In this document: positions 47,107 through 60,585 of the stretch, in pieces | Layout of the letters: each line of letters opens with the position of its first letter | Numbering within the stretch: position 1 is the first letter of the stretch | Notes under the pieces: model-generated | The model's database searches: none | Told to the model about the DNA's origin: nothing | What the model saw: the letters and a program-made list of their open reading frames with translations, nothing else | Assembly (NCBI GenBank): GCA_964016885.1 | Contig: OZ024743.1 | Span: 81,654,001-81,718,000 of the forward strand | Reading direction: 5' to 3' | DNA from: Eledone cirrhosa | Taxonomy: Eukaryota | Length of the DNA: 64,000 nucleotides | Program-made: the position numbers and the translations under genes

Positions 47107-48319
47107 ACTGCACAGAATGTATCAGCCTAAGGCAGATACAGATAATATATATCTCCCTAGGAATGAAGGAGGATGTGGTTTAATCCAGTTAGATATTGCG
47201 TTGAAAACTGCAACAATTGGATTATCTACATATCTAAGGGAATCACATGATTGGATGATCAAAGTCGTTTTGAAACACGAAAGCAACAAAAGATCATACT
47301 CCATTACAAAAGATGCACAAAGATACAGTAATGGACTACACAATTCAGAAGTCCCATTTACTGCTGAAATGAAAAATACAGAAAAAGCAAAGCAGGTAAA
47401 AGTAACTGCAAAGAAAGAACTGCTACAGAAACTGGCTAAGAAATGGCAAGAAAAGCCTCTGTATGGAAAATACCCAGAAAGAGCTAACAATCGTGATGTT
47501 GACAAAACTTTAACCCATCAGTGGTTGGCATCCTCTGGACTGAAATCGGAGACTGAAGGACTGATTATATCAGCACGTGATCAGTGTCTGCCTACAAAAA
47601 ATTACCAAGCGAACATAATAAAAAATGAATTCAATCCATTATGCCGTGTAATATAAAAAGAACCAGAGACCATTGATCATATAATTTCAATGTGCAGTCC
47701 TATGGCTCCAACCGAATACCTAAGCAGGCGCGACAGAGCTGCACAATACATACATTGGATAATGTGTAAGCATTTTGACCAGCCCCATCAAAAGAATTGG
47801 TGGGAGCATCAACCACCTCCCGTACTTGAAAAAGATCACATCTCAATCTTGTGGAACTTTAGCATCCAAACAGACCGAAAAATAGATGCAAATAGACCTG
47901 ATATAATATTGAAGGACTTTCAAAAGAGGGTATGCCTGCTAATTCATATGTCCGTTCCAATAGAGAAGAATGTATCTATAAAAATTGTGCATATATAAAG
48001 ACCAGAAATTGGAAAAATGGGGAAGTTGAGAACTAAAACCATACCAGTGGTTGTAGGCGCTCTAGGAATGATACCTAAGGGGTTTAATGATTACTTATCG
48101 CAAATACCAGGAGAAATACAAAAGATAGTACTAATGGGAACTGCCCATATACTAAGGAAGATTTTGTCAATATAAGTACATCACAAGTTTAAACAACTAA
48201 AGATGCATGTGTGTGCATGTATGTTCTTTCTTGAACATGGTGGACATTCTTATCTCTTGAGGTCACTGGTTGTGACTTGGTGATAACACGTATGAACATA
48301 AAGCAAGATAAATGCAACT

Positions 48320-48397
<78 letters not shown>
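47107..48397 (+). mobile_element. Second R4/Dong-type element B nested in A, with (TAA)n tail
   Basis: IYLPRNEGGCGL, LKSETEG, LWNFSIQTD..ANRPD, IPVVVGALG; (TAA)n 48322-48397. Confidence 0.88.
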
Positions 48398-48400
<3 letters not shown>

Positions 48401-48478
48401 TCTGAGGCTGCAGGTAGTGGCTTGATATTCATTCCAACGGACTTTCCAGTTAACTAACATCAATGACTGAGACTCAAG

Positions 48479-48509
<31 letters not shown>

Positions 48510-48875
48510 TGTGGATGTGGCCTGCCCATTCGACACGGGAGTGCAAGAGAATGAGAGGGAGAAAATTAACCGATACCAGGACTTAAAGTGGGAGGTAAAA
48601 AGCATTTGGAACTGCCATGAAGTCAAAGAGGTCCCGATTGTCATAGGCGCACTAGGTACTATCTCAAAGAGTTTCCAGGCATGGTTAAGGAAAATTGGCC
48701 CCGCCCCGCTTTTTGGAACACTTCAAAAGGCATGCTTGCTGAGTACAGCAAGAACCCTCCGATACGTCATAAATATCTGAGGCTGCAGGTAGTGGCGTGA
48801 TATTCATTTCAACAAACTTTCCAGTTAACTAACATCAATGACTGAGACTCAAAAAACAATAATAATAATTGTAAT
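48398..48875 (+). mobile_element. 3'UTR-only copy of A (48398-48480), then the remaining 3' end of A (48508-48852)
   Basis: IVDVACPFD..EKINRYQDL..VPIVIGALG..LQKACLL; 3'UTR present twice. Confidence 0.88.
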
Positions 48876-48881
48876 AATAAT

Positions 48882-49140
48882 ACATTTGAAGACTAAAATC
48901 CAAAGACAGCTCGATAAGGATAAATATATATCAAATATATAAGAACCGTAAAGCAAATATTTATTAAAATAACAGATTAAAGTTTAAGCAAAGAAACGCT
49001 GCTTTCACCCTTAACAGATCTTCAGAAGATCCCGTTAAGGGCGAAAGCAGCGATTCTTTGCTTAAACTTTAATCTGTTATTTTAAAGGGTGAAAGCAGCG
49101 ATTCTTTGCTTAAACTTTAATCTGTTATTTTAATAAATAA
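48882..49140 (-). mobile_element. Fold-back PLE stub with partially duplicated inverted arm
   Basis: Arm 48958-49025 mirrored at 49026-49084 and again at 49085-49140; CTGAAGA..GAAA core; same family at 26775-26836. Confidence 0.75.
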
Positions 49141-49151
49141 ATATATCTATC

Positions 49152-49205
<54 letters not shown>

Positions 49206-49867
49206 AATTAGCTAATACCCTCCCCTTACGCATTAGCTCCGCTTAATCTTAGATCCCATACTCACTTCCGGAAATTAAACCGTTGGAAAAACTACCCGTT
49301 GAACAACTCTAATCCATGAATAAGAATACAATAAGACCAATTTATAATCCATTGCTGTAACTAACTTAAAACATTCAATATTAACATTAACTAATATATA
49401 ATTCAACATATGTAATGGAAAGGACTACAATAACTGTGATTTTCTCAACACACATAAATTCGAACACTATCAACATATTACATCCGCCATAAATTGTAAT
49501 ACATTAACATATTTGCTTACCATACAGTATTTATTTATTTATCTATATATGCATAATACCCTTTGCTTGTTTCCTTCTCATATATATGACTAACGCATGT
49601 GCACTTTCTACACGCTTGCATATGTACTGCTAATGTGCTCTTTCTTTATCAATGCCTCTTTAATTATTAGACTATTTTCTTGTTGCATGTATTCTTGTTG
49701 CATGTATTCCACTCTGTGCTTTTAATTTTAATGTACAATTCTCGTAGAAAATATGTCGCATCCAGTACACCCTGTAAATACGAAACTGTTGCTCACAACA
49801 TCAATATATATGTATCTATATGATTGTTCAGTTGAATAGGAGGTTAATTATATGTACACACATTGAT

Positions 49868-49919
49868 AATGCTCCGATGAGTTCAAACGAAAGTTTGGAA
49901 GAAACGATTGTCAGCTATT
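49868..49919 (+). ncRNA. Hammerhead-like motif (CCGATGA) in PLE 3' fragment ~49200-50080
   Basis: gct-CCGATGA-gttcaaac-gaaa-gtttggaa-GAAA-cgattg-TC-agc. Confidence 0.65.
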
Positions 49920-50083
49920 AAATGATTTGAACACAACTTTGATAATTGTCTAATTTTTTCTTGCTCTGTAAAACACCTGATGTTCTTACATTGAGCTATT
50001 TCTCTTACTGGTAATAAGGTAGTAGGAAATTACTACCTTTCCTGTTTATAGTTGTTTATAGTATAAACATAACTATAAATAGT

Positions 50084-50262
50084 ATGGCAGTATCGGTAGA
50101 GAGTCGGACGCCATGCTTTCCAGCATAGTTACGTCCCTTTACGGTCTGAGTTCAAATCCCGCCGAGGTTAACTTTGCCTTTCATCCTTACGGGGTCGATA
50201 AAATAAATTACCAGTAATGTACTGGGTAATTGATGGCCTTGTGCCAAAAGTAGAAACAATTA
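50084..50262 (+). mobile_element. SINE (Meta-domain-like)
   Basis: Matches the family consensus. Confidence 0.92.
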
Positions 50263-50271
50263 TTATTATTA

Positions 50272-50309
<38 letters not shown>

Positions 50310-50311
<2 letters not shown>

Positions 50312-50631
50312 AGAAAATGAGGGGTTTTTAAAAATGAAAATAAACGAGATGTCCTACACGAATGAAAGTATAAGGAAAAAAGATTAAACGAAAATGCAAC
50401 TGGAGTCTTCTTAAGAATATTTATTTGTTTCCTTTACTGGTTTCACAGTTCTTATGCTTTTCAAAAGTAGAATTGAGATACAGGGTTTGTTTCAACCAGA
50501 TGCGAGAAAAACCACAAACCCTCCATCTCAATTCTACTTTTGAAAAGCATAAGAACTGTGAAACCGCTAAAGGAAACAAATGAATATTCTTAAAAAGACT
50601 CCAGTTGCATTTTCGATTCCATCTTTTTTCC

Positions 50632-50633
<2 letters not shown>
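50310..50633 (-). mobile_element. Fold-back PLE stub
   Basis: Arms ~50372-50490 and 50514-50633; homologous to 53392-53750. Confidence 0.8.
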
Positions 50634-50665
<32 letters not shown>

Positions 50666-50666
50666 G

Positions 50667-50702
<36 letters not shown>

Positions 50703-50811
50703 TGGATAGATAGATAGATTAAATCAATTAGATAATGTATTAAACCTTGGTTATTTATTTATTAATCTTTATATAAAAATATATATGTATAGGGTAAATT
50801 TATATATCTCA

Positions 50812-51104
50812 TAATTGTTTCTACTTTTGTTACAAGGCCAGCAATTATCTCAGTGTATTACTGGTACTTTATTTTATCGACCCCGTAAGGATGAAATGCA
50901 AAGTTAACCTATATATCTCATAATTGTTTCTACTTTAGGCACAAGGCCAGCAAATACCCAGTGCATTACTGGTACTTTATTTTATCGACCCCGTAAGGAT
51001 GAAAGGCAAAGTCAACCTCGGCGGGATTTGAACTCAGATCGTAAAGGGATGTAACTATGCTGGAAAGCATGACGTCCGACCCTCTACTGATACTGCCAAT
51101 TCAC
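50812..51104 (-). mobile_element. Two tandem SINEs (3' fragment plus full copy) with shared target duplication
   Basis: TATATATCTCATAAT at ~50801, ~50910 and ~51106. Confidence 0.88.
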
Positions 51105-51499
51105 CTATATATCTCATAATGCTTCGTATTAAGTATCCTACTATATAAGTATTTGAGTGAAATAATTACTGTGGTATAGTTGATGTAGTTAACAGTTCCA
51201 TTACATTCACATTTTCTGTATCAAAATTCTTGTGTGTAACAAGTCACATGGATTAGAGAATTAAGAAACTCCGCAGATTTCAAGATACGGTTTTGAAACG
51301 TCAACTCTCGCTTTCTCAGTCAGAATATGGTATGAGACGTATCGTTTTACTTGTTTGTTCAGTCAAAAACCTCATTACATTAAACATTTACATTTGTCAA
51401 TTCTAAAGATTTAATAATATATTTCCACATACGTGTAGGTGTGAATATTTTCATAATAAAGTCGACGCAGTTAATACGCTATAATATAGTAGTCTTGTG

Positions 51500-52230
51500 T
51501 TTTCCCAGTTTTCTAAAAACAATTTCCTGAAATGCCTGCATATATTCATTAATATTGAAAATCTTAAATTTGACGTTTCAGTGGAGCTCTTCTGTGTTTG
51601 TGAATCAATAGTAAGATATTCCAAATTACATAAACTGCTGGATTTTGTACCGTTTATCTGCAACTAGCATCGTTGAATGTTTTTCCAATGGTTGTCGAAT
51701 CTAATTCCATATTCATTCAATTTCAAAATATAGTTTCATAGTTTGGTCATTTCTATTCGTCGGAGGAACGTGTGTGTTTGAAATATCTCTATTTGAATTT
51801 ATCATACTCTGTCTTGACATCATTATTACTCTCGGAACCTATAAGTTTTGTTTTGTATAGATAAACCTCGGCCTCGTAAATCTTTGATATTTCAAGAATA
51901 ATTTCCCCCTGCTGGTTTGACTGGATTTCTTGTAATTCTATTTTTTAGGTTTGATGTAGAACTATAAGTTAATTTCAAATTGTTTCTATTAAATCATTTT
52001 CTGTAACGGTGGCTGGTTCAGAAGTGTTTATTCTTAACGACTAGAAATTTTTGATTTTGCTATATTTGATATTAAGTGAACAGTGGAAGTAAACTAGATG
52101 CTTTCCCGACATTAATGGATAGCAGTGGATTAGGGATGTATATAACTTAGATGTTGAACACAGATAAGAATAAGCCATATAGAAAATTGTATTAAACGTT
52201 AGTGTACATAAAAACAATTCTAGCCACATG
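51500..52230 (-). pseudogene. Degenerate PLE linker/GIY-YIG remnant
   Basis: FNRNNLKLTYSSTSNL, IGSES, SLCNLEYLTI with many stops and frameshifts; parallels the 15383 ORF. Confidence 0.7.
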
Positions 52231-52384
52231 CCTGCAGTTTACAAAAAACTAGTCACAAATATTAATAAAAACATTCTATTGAATTTATGGTCGGTGGGTA
52301 GCAGTACCACCCTTCCTCATACACTAAATAGCAACTATGTGGTAGTAGCAGGGATAACGACACCTCGTCATTATTTATGTAGCT

Positions 52385-52805
52385 AGAGCGGTGAATTGGC
52401 AGTATCGGTAGAGGGTCGGACGCCATGCTTTGCAGCACAGTTACGTCCCTTTACAGACTGAGTTGAAATCCCGCCGAGGTTGACTTTGCCTTTCATCCTT
52501 ACGGGGTCGATAAAATAAAGTACCAGTAATAGACTGGTTAATTGCTGGCCTTGTGCCAAAAGTAGAAACAATTATTTTTGTAGCTAGGGCGGTGGATAGG
52601 TAATATCGGTAGAGCGTCGGACAACATACTTTGTGGCATAGGGTGGCCCCTTAAGTTCTGAGTTCAAATCCCGCCGAGGTTAGCTTTGCCTTTCATCCTT
52701 ACGCGGTCGATAAAATAAAGCACCAGTAATGCACTAGGGTCGATTTAATCGACTTTCCCTCTCCCTTCAAATTGCTGGCCTTGTGTCTAAAGTTAAAACA
52801 ATTAT
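52385..52805 (+). mobile_element. Two tandem SINEs (Meta-domain-like)
   Basis: Two consensus copies, each preceded by TGTAGCTA. Confidence 0.9.
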
Positions 52806-53045
52806 CTATGTAGTTTATTGCGTTTAATTGTTGTTTGATATGTACATATATATACCTAAGACCAGTTTGTGGACTAAAGCAGTTGAATTTTGTGTGTCCA
52901 GTAGTAATACTGTTCTTTAAACTGGTCTTATGCCATACACACATATCGTTTTCTGCTCCAATGGTTTCATATACGACTGACTGGGTGTTAGAATTTTGAT
53001 GAGAAGGTATTTTTCTTTTATCCTGCATGTACATCGCGGGATTCT

Positions 53046-53233
53046 GTTGTTTCCTTGAGCAAGACACTTTATTTCACGTTGCTCCAGTTTACTCAACTGT
53101 AGAAATGAGATGATAGCACTGGGGTCGCTATCATTAAAAATCATCCAAGACACCTCCAGCGAGATATACTTTGGAGGAGGCCAGCTGAAGCTGCATAGGT
53201 GTGAGTTGTAACAACAACAAAAAACAACAACAA
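53046..53233 (+). mobile_element. 5'-truncated CORE-like SINE
   Basis: Reverse complement of 17630-17795. Confidence 0.88.
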
Positions 53234-53309
53234 CATCGCGGCATTACCTCAGGTTCATTTCTATTTGTAATTCTACACACACACACACATACTTATATAT
53301 ATATAAATA

Positions 53310-53391
<82 letters not shown>

Positions 53392-53397
<6 letters not shown>

Positions 53398-53743
53398 GTG
53401 AGTTTTTTTTTAACAAATTAAAAATTAACCGAGGTGTTCTACACGAGTGAAAGTATAAGGAAAAGAGATGAAATCGAAACTGCAACTGGAGTCTATTTTT
53501 TTTTAAATATATATTTAATTGGTTCCTTTACCGGTGGTTTCGCAGTTCTTCTGCTTTTGAAAAGTAGAGTTGAGATGGAGGGTCTGTGGTTTTTCTCACA
53601 TCTCATCTGTGAGAAAAACCACAGACCCTTCATTTCAACTCCACTTTTGAAAAGCAGAAGAACTGCGAAACCGGTAAAGGAACCACTTAAATATATATTT
53701 TTAAAAAAAATACTCCAGTTGCAGTTTCGATTTCATCTTTTTT

Positions 53744-53750
<7 letters not shown>
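53392..53750 (-). mobile_element. Near-perfect fold-back PLE stub; variant hammerhead 53644-53680 (+)
   Basis: Arms 53455-53600 and 53608-53750; ctt-TTGAAAA-gcag-aagaa-ctgc-GAAA-ccgg-TA-aag. Confidence 0.82.
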
Positions 53751-53816
<66 letters not shown>

Positions 53817-53818
<2 letters not shown>

Positions 53819-55273
53819 GGTAAACATTGATGCAATTCAATTCAAGCACTCAACGTACTTTTTCCACATAGGAGTGACGGAGTAAATATCGAATAAGTAA
53901 AAGCGAAGTAGTTTCAGATGTTCAAGTCCTTTAATAATAATGCTGTGATATATATTTCAATGACGACACTGGCCACACTGTTCTGTGTGCGAGTGTCGTG
54001 ACATCATCAGACAGCTTGTTACATAATAAGGTTGTTTCCGAGGCAATCCAAATTGAATCGACATGGGAACGGATGAAGTTCGTGCTTTTGGGTTTTTCAT
54101 CCGTTCCCTTGTGAGTACCAATTCACCTCCACCGGTCTGCGCAAGCGCATGTCCGAAGGAAGTTGACCATTAGCACCGCAGATTTCAACGAAATTCGCTG
54201 TCAGTGGCCCACCTATGCCTTGCCAAAGTTTACTGCTACCCATCGCTACTGTGGCAGTCAGCCGAAAGCCAGAGGGGATGGGAGGGTGTTAGTTTTTATA
54301 GGTCATAATTGTTTCTACTTTTAGGCACAAGGCCAGCAATTACCCAGTGCATTACTGGTACTTTATTTTATCGACCCCGTAAGGATGAAAGGCAAAGTCA
54401 ACCTCGGCGGGATTTGAACTTAGATCGTAAAGGGACGTAACTATGCTGGAAAGCATGGCGTCCGACCCTCTACCGATACTGCCAATCCACCGCCCTTTTA
54501 TAGGTCATAATACAACCTTTCACTAAGCGTTGACAGTAAGACTGACCATCAACTCAGAAGGGAAAATAAACTTAATTCTAGGTACTATGGTTTTACATAG
54601 TAAGTTAAGAGTGAGAGTTGGGAATAAAAATTAAAATTAAAAGTTAAAATCCTAAATCAAATATCAGAGATTATAAATGAAACAATAAAGAATTCAAAAA
54701 TTCTAAATTCAAAAATTTTTTTCAAGTGATAATTCGGATTAAGTAAACATATAGATTGAAGTGAGTAAATAATATGGAGCGAGATGTTTAAGTAATATGT
54801 TCTGGGAGGGATTCTAGTGTTACAGATATTGAACGGCAGTGCCGTACATTATAACGGAGGGCAAACCACATGGTTCAAGGCATTAGTCAATCCGTTACAC
54901 AGTCATACTTTCCATACATGGAACAGAGTCAAAGAAAAACTTTGGCAAGGCATAGGTGGGCCACTGACAGCGAATTTCGTTGAAATCTGCGGTGCTAATG
55001 GTCAACTTCCTTCGGACATGCGCTTGCGCAGACCGGTGGGGGTGAATTGGTACTCACAAGGGAACGGATGAAAAACCCAAAAGCACGAACTTCATCCATT
55101 CACATGTCGATTCAATTTGGATTGCCTCGGAAACAACCTTATTATGTAACAAGCTGTCTGATGATGTCACGACACTCGCACACAGAACAGTGTGGCCAGT
55201 GTCGTCATTGAAATATATATCACAGCATTATTATTAAAGGACTTGAACATCTGAAACTACTTCGCTTTTACTT

Positions 55274-55277
<4 letters not shown>
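53817..55277 (-). mobile_element. Fold-back PLE stub with ~340-bp arms and hammerheads at 53942-54015 (-) and 55153-55226 (+)
   Basis: Arms 53891-54231 and 54937-55277; gctgt-CTGATGA-..acgacact/agtgtcgt..-GAAA-tatata-TC-acagc. Confidence 0.9.
54306..54495 (-). mobile_element. SINE with 16-bp target-site duplication inside the PLE stub
   Basis: TTTTATAGGTCATAAT on both sides. Confidence 0.93.
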
Positions 55278-55348
<71 letters not shown>

Positions 55349-55374
55349 ATGTGTGTGTGTGTGTGTGTGTGTGC

Positions 55375-55431
<57 letters not shown>

Positions 55432-55878
55432 CGTGTGTGTGTGTGTGGTGTGCGTGTGTGCGTGTGTGTGTGTGCCGAGAGTCAGTATACCTGAGCTGGG
55501 CAGTGGGGTGATTTCCTGCTGACCCACAAAATGGCTCAAATACGTTGTTTATCACTTCTGCAGCCACACCCCCTCCCATGCTTCTCTGCCGCGGCTCTGG
55601 CCACACCAAATTAGGTTGGATGAGAAAGCAAGCACTCGCCGCTATAACTGATGCAATACTTGATTACACTGCCGTAAAGTGTACTCGCAACTGGGCATCA
55701 CTTATGAAACCAATCGCCCAAAGAAACTCTATTGAAATAAACTTACACCGTGAATTCCTTCTATGGAGAAGGTCCGGCCCACCCTGGGTGAACAGCGCCA
55801 CAAGTACATGCAAGAAAGTATATATATGAATGTGTATATGTATATACATATATATATATATATACATATATATATTTA

Positions 55879-56540
55879 CGAGGTGTGTCAGAAAAGTTCC
55901 AGGACTGATGTCACAAAAGATTTATTTCAAACCCAAACTTCACACTAAGGTTTCAAGACGCTCGAGGATGTCCTGGCACACTTGCATGCGTCGACCCTTC
56001 TGGTCATCGTTCAGCAGTTTTGGCATCATCTTCGCGCAGAGTTTCCCCATGTCCAAATCTTCAGTGAGAATCTTCCAGACGCTGTCCAGATTCATGCCCA
56101 GCTGATTTGCCATCAGTCGAACAGTCAGCCGACGATCGCTACGCACCATCTGCCTGACGCGCTCAACGTTGACTTCAGTCCTGGTTGTTGAGGGCCTTCC
56201 GCTGCTGGGGTCATCTTGCACCACTCAAAAACACGTGAGCGCGACATAGCCTCATCTCCATACACTGGCTGCAGCAATCCCAGTGTTTCTGACGGAGTTT
56301 TCCCCAACCGTACCAGAAACTTTAAGGTTGTTCGTTGCTCTGTGCTCATTGCTTGACGACCTGAAATAGAGGACTTGTATATAAAATTATGAAGAAAAAA
56401 GTTTGATCGCTGCAGAGAGCTAAGATTTCAGTTACATACTCCAGGGGGATTACTTTGAAGGAGAAAACTCTTAGTGTGAAGTTTGGGTTTGAAATAAATA
56501 TTTTGTGACATCAGTCCTGGAACTTTTCTGACACACCTCG
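55879..56540. mobile_element. Non-autonomous rearranged mariner
   Basis: TA target duplication, ~70-bp IRs starting CGAGGTGTGTCAGAAAAGTTCC; frameshifted HTH (EQR..LKF..LGK, SGRPST, KLCAKMMPKLL) on the minus strand. Confidence 0.93.
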
Positions 56541-56550
56541 TATATATATA

Positions 56551-57013
56551 TTTTGAGTATATGTTGGTTGTTTACCGACACCTCAGTATGCAGATTGGAG
56601 CACTCGACGAAGTACCCAGGTTGGTTTGTTTACTCCGGAGTAATGTAAAATAATTAAGTCAAATATGTAAAATTTGGCTTCGTTTATTATAAATTATAGA
56701 TATACTGCTATATATATTTCGGTGACAGCCATCATTGGCTGTGACCTCTTCAGGCAATCTGAATTGGTGTGGGAAAGACATGTACACGTGTTGTTGAAGT
56801 GTGTTTTACTCCGACAATACATCGATATGTCCAGCTCCTGGTTGTGTTGTTATTTCTCTGATTTCAGTTCGTCAGAGAAATAACTACACAACCAGGAGCT
56901 GGACATATCGATGTATTGACGGAGTAAAACACATGATGGCTGTCACCGAAATATATATAGCAGTATATCTATAATTTATAATAAACGAAGCCAAATTTTA
57001 CATATTTTACTTA
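56551..57013 (-). mobile_element. Fold-back PLE stub with hammerhead 56704-56758 (-)
   Basis: ttgc-CTGAAGA-ggtcacagcc/ggctgtcacc-GAAA-tatata-TA-gcag; the mirror arm has an internal deletion. Confidence 0.85.
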
Positions 57014-57072
57014 TATATATATATAAATTTTTTTTTTTTTATTATCGCTCTACCTGGCTGAATACAATAAAT

Positions 57073-57235
57073 GTAATCTGAGGTTTTCGAATATTAATAA
57101 TAATATTCGATTCGTTTGCAATTATGCAAACAGCCTCAAGAGCAAGAATGGGGGGCTCATTCTACTGACAAAAATGAGGGTGTTTGCATAATTGCAAACG
57201 AATCGAATATTATTATTAATATTCGAAAAACTAAG

Positions 57236-57240
<5 letters not shown>
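57073..57240. repeat. Short fold-back between (TA)n tracts, probably a degenerate PLE stub
   Basis: Arms 57073-57138 and 57175-57240; no intact hammerhead core. Confidence 0.6.
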
Positions 57241-57320
<80 letters not shown>

Positions 57321-57567
57321 TGGTATGTGTGTTTTCCTTCACAAGTGTCAAACATCGATATTCCGTACATACCGTCTATAGAAGGACGTCATGAGGCACC
57401 ACTGATAGTACACCAGAGTCACAGTCTACAATCCATATATATGTGTGTGTGTGTGTGTGTGTTTAGCTGTAAGTGTATGTATGTAACTATATGTGTATTT
57501 ACATATACGTGTATAACACTCTACCAATCACCAATTACCAACTATAGCAGATCCATAAAACCATTAA

Positions 57568-57748
57568 TAATTGTTTCTACTTTTGGCACAAGGCCAGCAA
57601 TTACCCAGTGCATTACTGGTACTTTATTTTATTGACCCTGTAAGGATGAAAGGCAAAGTTAATCTCGGCGGGATTTGAACTCAGAATGGCAAGGGCCGTA
57701 ACTCTATGCTGCAAAGCATGGTGTGTGACCCTCTACCGATACTGCCAA
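57568..57748 (-). mobile_element. SINE (Meta-domain-like)
   Basis: Matches the family consensus. Confidence 0.92.
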
Positions 57749-57857
57749 TAGTGACACCACATCAGATCCACAGTCAACTGATTAAAACTTGCAGTTGAAT
57801 ATAGATTAATTATACAACACTACATTGATGTAGATCTTTATCTGCGTTTTGTATATA

Positions 57858-58132
57858 CTCTCGGGTACCAAATAACAGGGGGTGGGATAAGAGGGGGAGG
57901 TGGAATAAGTGAGGGGTTGGGGTGGGAATAAGTGAGGGGTTGGTGGTGGGAATAAGTGAGGGGTTGGGTAGGAATATCGGTAATGTTTCTAAGTAGTCCC
58001 CCGTTGATTTCGCCGGAGATAGATTAGGACAATAACCGGGGGGAGGATAAGAGCGGGGGGATGTGAAAAAATATGAAAAATTAATTAGAGGCGGGGGGGG
58101 GGGGGGGGGGCGCATTATTGAAGACCTGAGAG
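57858..58132. mobile_element. G-rich MITE
   Basis: TA-CTCTCGGGTACCAAATAA ... TTATTGAAGACCTGAGAG; internal GGGAATAAGTGAGGGGTTGG repeats. Confidence 0.65.
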
Positions 58133-59119
58133 AATATGTATTTTGTTATGTATGTGTAAGGTTGTATTCGTAGTAAACTTGTGAACGTGAATGCGAGTGG
58201 CTTGCAGGTTAGGTGTTCGGCTTACGATTGTGAGTTTGGTTGTCGTGGTTTGTATGGTGTACCAAGGCACTTTATTTAAAGGTTCAACCATGTCACACAC
58301 CCCTGAGATCAACATTAAGGGTACACATGTTTACAACCACCGGTGTCAAACATCCACATACTGTACACACCCTTGTGACTATCGGGAAATATTTCTTATT
58401 TTAGCATTCCACTAGTACCGTGGGCATACATTACAGATAATATCGACATCGGGAACCATTGAGTTACATCGGGAATCATCGAGTTGAATCGGGAATCATT
58501 GAAAGACATCGGGAAAGTTCGAAAGACATCGAGAATCATCGAAAGACATCGGGAAAGATCGAGTTAGATTTGGAAAGGAGAGATACAGCATCTTTTCACA
58601 ATCCAATCAGTAGAGTTTTGTTTCACATCACTTTGCAAGTTTCTATTTTCAGCGTGGCTATCCCCAGTCTATCAGTTTCAATGAAAGCCTTTTATTCCCA
58701 TCCTGAGACCTAAAATCTTTCCAATGTTTCCTATTGCACTCCAGGATGCTTTTCCATTGATACCAGATCTAGTTGGAAGGTAATATTTGATGACATTCTC
58801 ATTTTAATACACAATGTCTGATTCTTCATTTGAAATCTTCCCCATCATCTACACTGGTTAGTTTCGTTGGACTTTTAGTAGAAACGTTTTTCAATGCTCA
58901 GTCTTCATTGAATTGAATCTGTTTAGGTCGATAACATTGCATATATATATATATAAGATGGAACCTCACTTCACGAACTTAATCTGTTCTGAGCGAGACG
59001 TGTGAATGACAGATAGATATAACCATAGTAACTAACTACACAGAAAGTGACGCTTTTCCGTCGATTCTTCCAGCTTGTGTGTTCGGAAAAATGTTCGCGA
59101 ACCAATGTTCCACTATTTG

Positions 59120-59463
<344 letters not shown>

Positions 59464-60585
59464 CACACATACACAAATAAAGAACCTCACGACCACATAC
59501 CTAGAGGCAAAAAAACGATTCTTAAAACGAATACTTTATATCCTGTAACTGCAATTCCAAAAGTTGAAATAACAGAATCAACCATCCTAATTAATTAAGC
59601 TAGTTAATTACCGCCAGAAATTACTTGATCGTGAAAGAGGGAATTTCTGATCCTAACAGTGAGATAAGATATATTCACCTGTTGCTGAGGTGTTCTCCAG
59701 AGGAAAGAAAGAAAATAATATATTAAGTTATATATTTATAAAGTGACTAAATCCCAAACTTAATACTTGTGTAGTTTATAATATGTATTATGATTTGATT
59801 GATAGTAACTTCGAAGTGTTATGGTGTCTGTAGCTTACTTCAGTGGGTTAAGAGCGTGTGTGAGACTGACAAAGAATGTGTGTCTGTCTGTGGAAGAGAG
59901 TGTGTGTGTATGTATGTGTGTCTGTCAGAGAGAGAGAGAGAGTTGTGTGTGTGTATGTGTGTGTGAAAATATTATTGTCAGTTAGTAGTGTATGGTGTCT
60001 TTCCCAGGTTTTGCTGGGCAAAAGTAAATAAATGGCTTAAGCGGGAAGATAGAAAGATAAACTATTGTAAAGAGCGAGAAAATGTCGACGACACTTCAGA
60101 AAAAAGTGTATTCCCAGTTTTACTACATTTATTACTATGTTAATCTAGAGTAGTTTATATATAACATCATGTACAGTAGGAATAGATATGACATTTGTAG
60201 AAATGTTAATGTAGAGGTAATATATAACAATTAAGTAGTCTTTTGATGGGTATTAAAAATAATTCAGTGAAAAAAGCAGGCGATCGCAGGTTACATGTAC
60301 TTTATATAGAGAAAATGGACATATTTATCAGTGAACAGATGTCTACAATATTGGAAGTAGTTTTATTTAAATAAGCATTAGAATATTAAAGAGGGAGAGA
60401 GAGAAGATAAGAGGAGGACAAATGGAGTAAAGCGAACACAAATTTAATAAGGAAAATAAAGGGAAGGGGAGGAACAAATTTTGTATATTTAGGGATGCCT
60501 TCTTTTCTTTTTTCACAGAGTGGTTGGATATAGCATGGAGATGGATGGATGGATGGAGACAGACTGACGGATAGATAGATAGATA

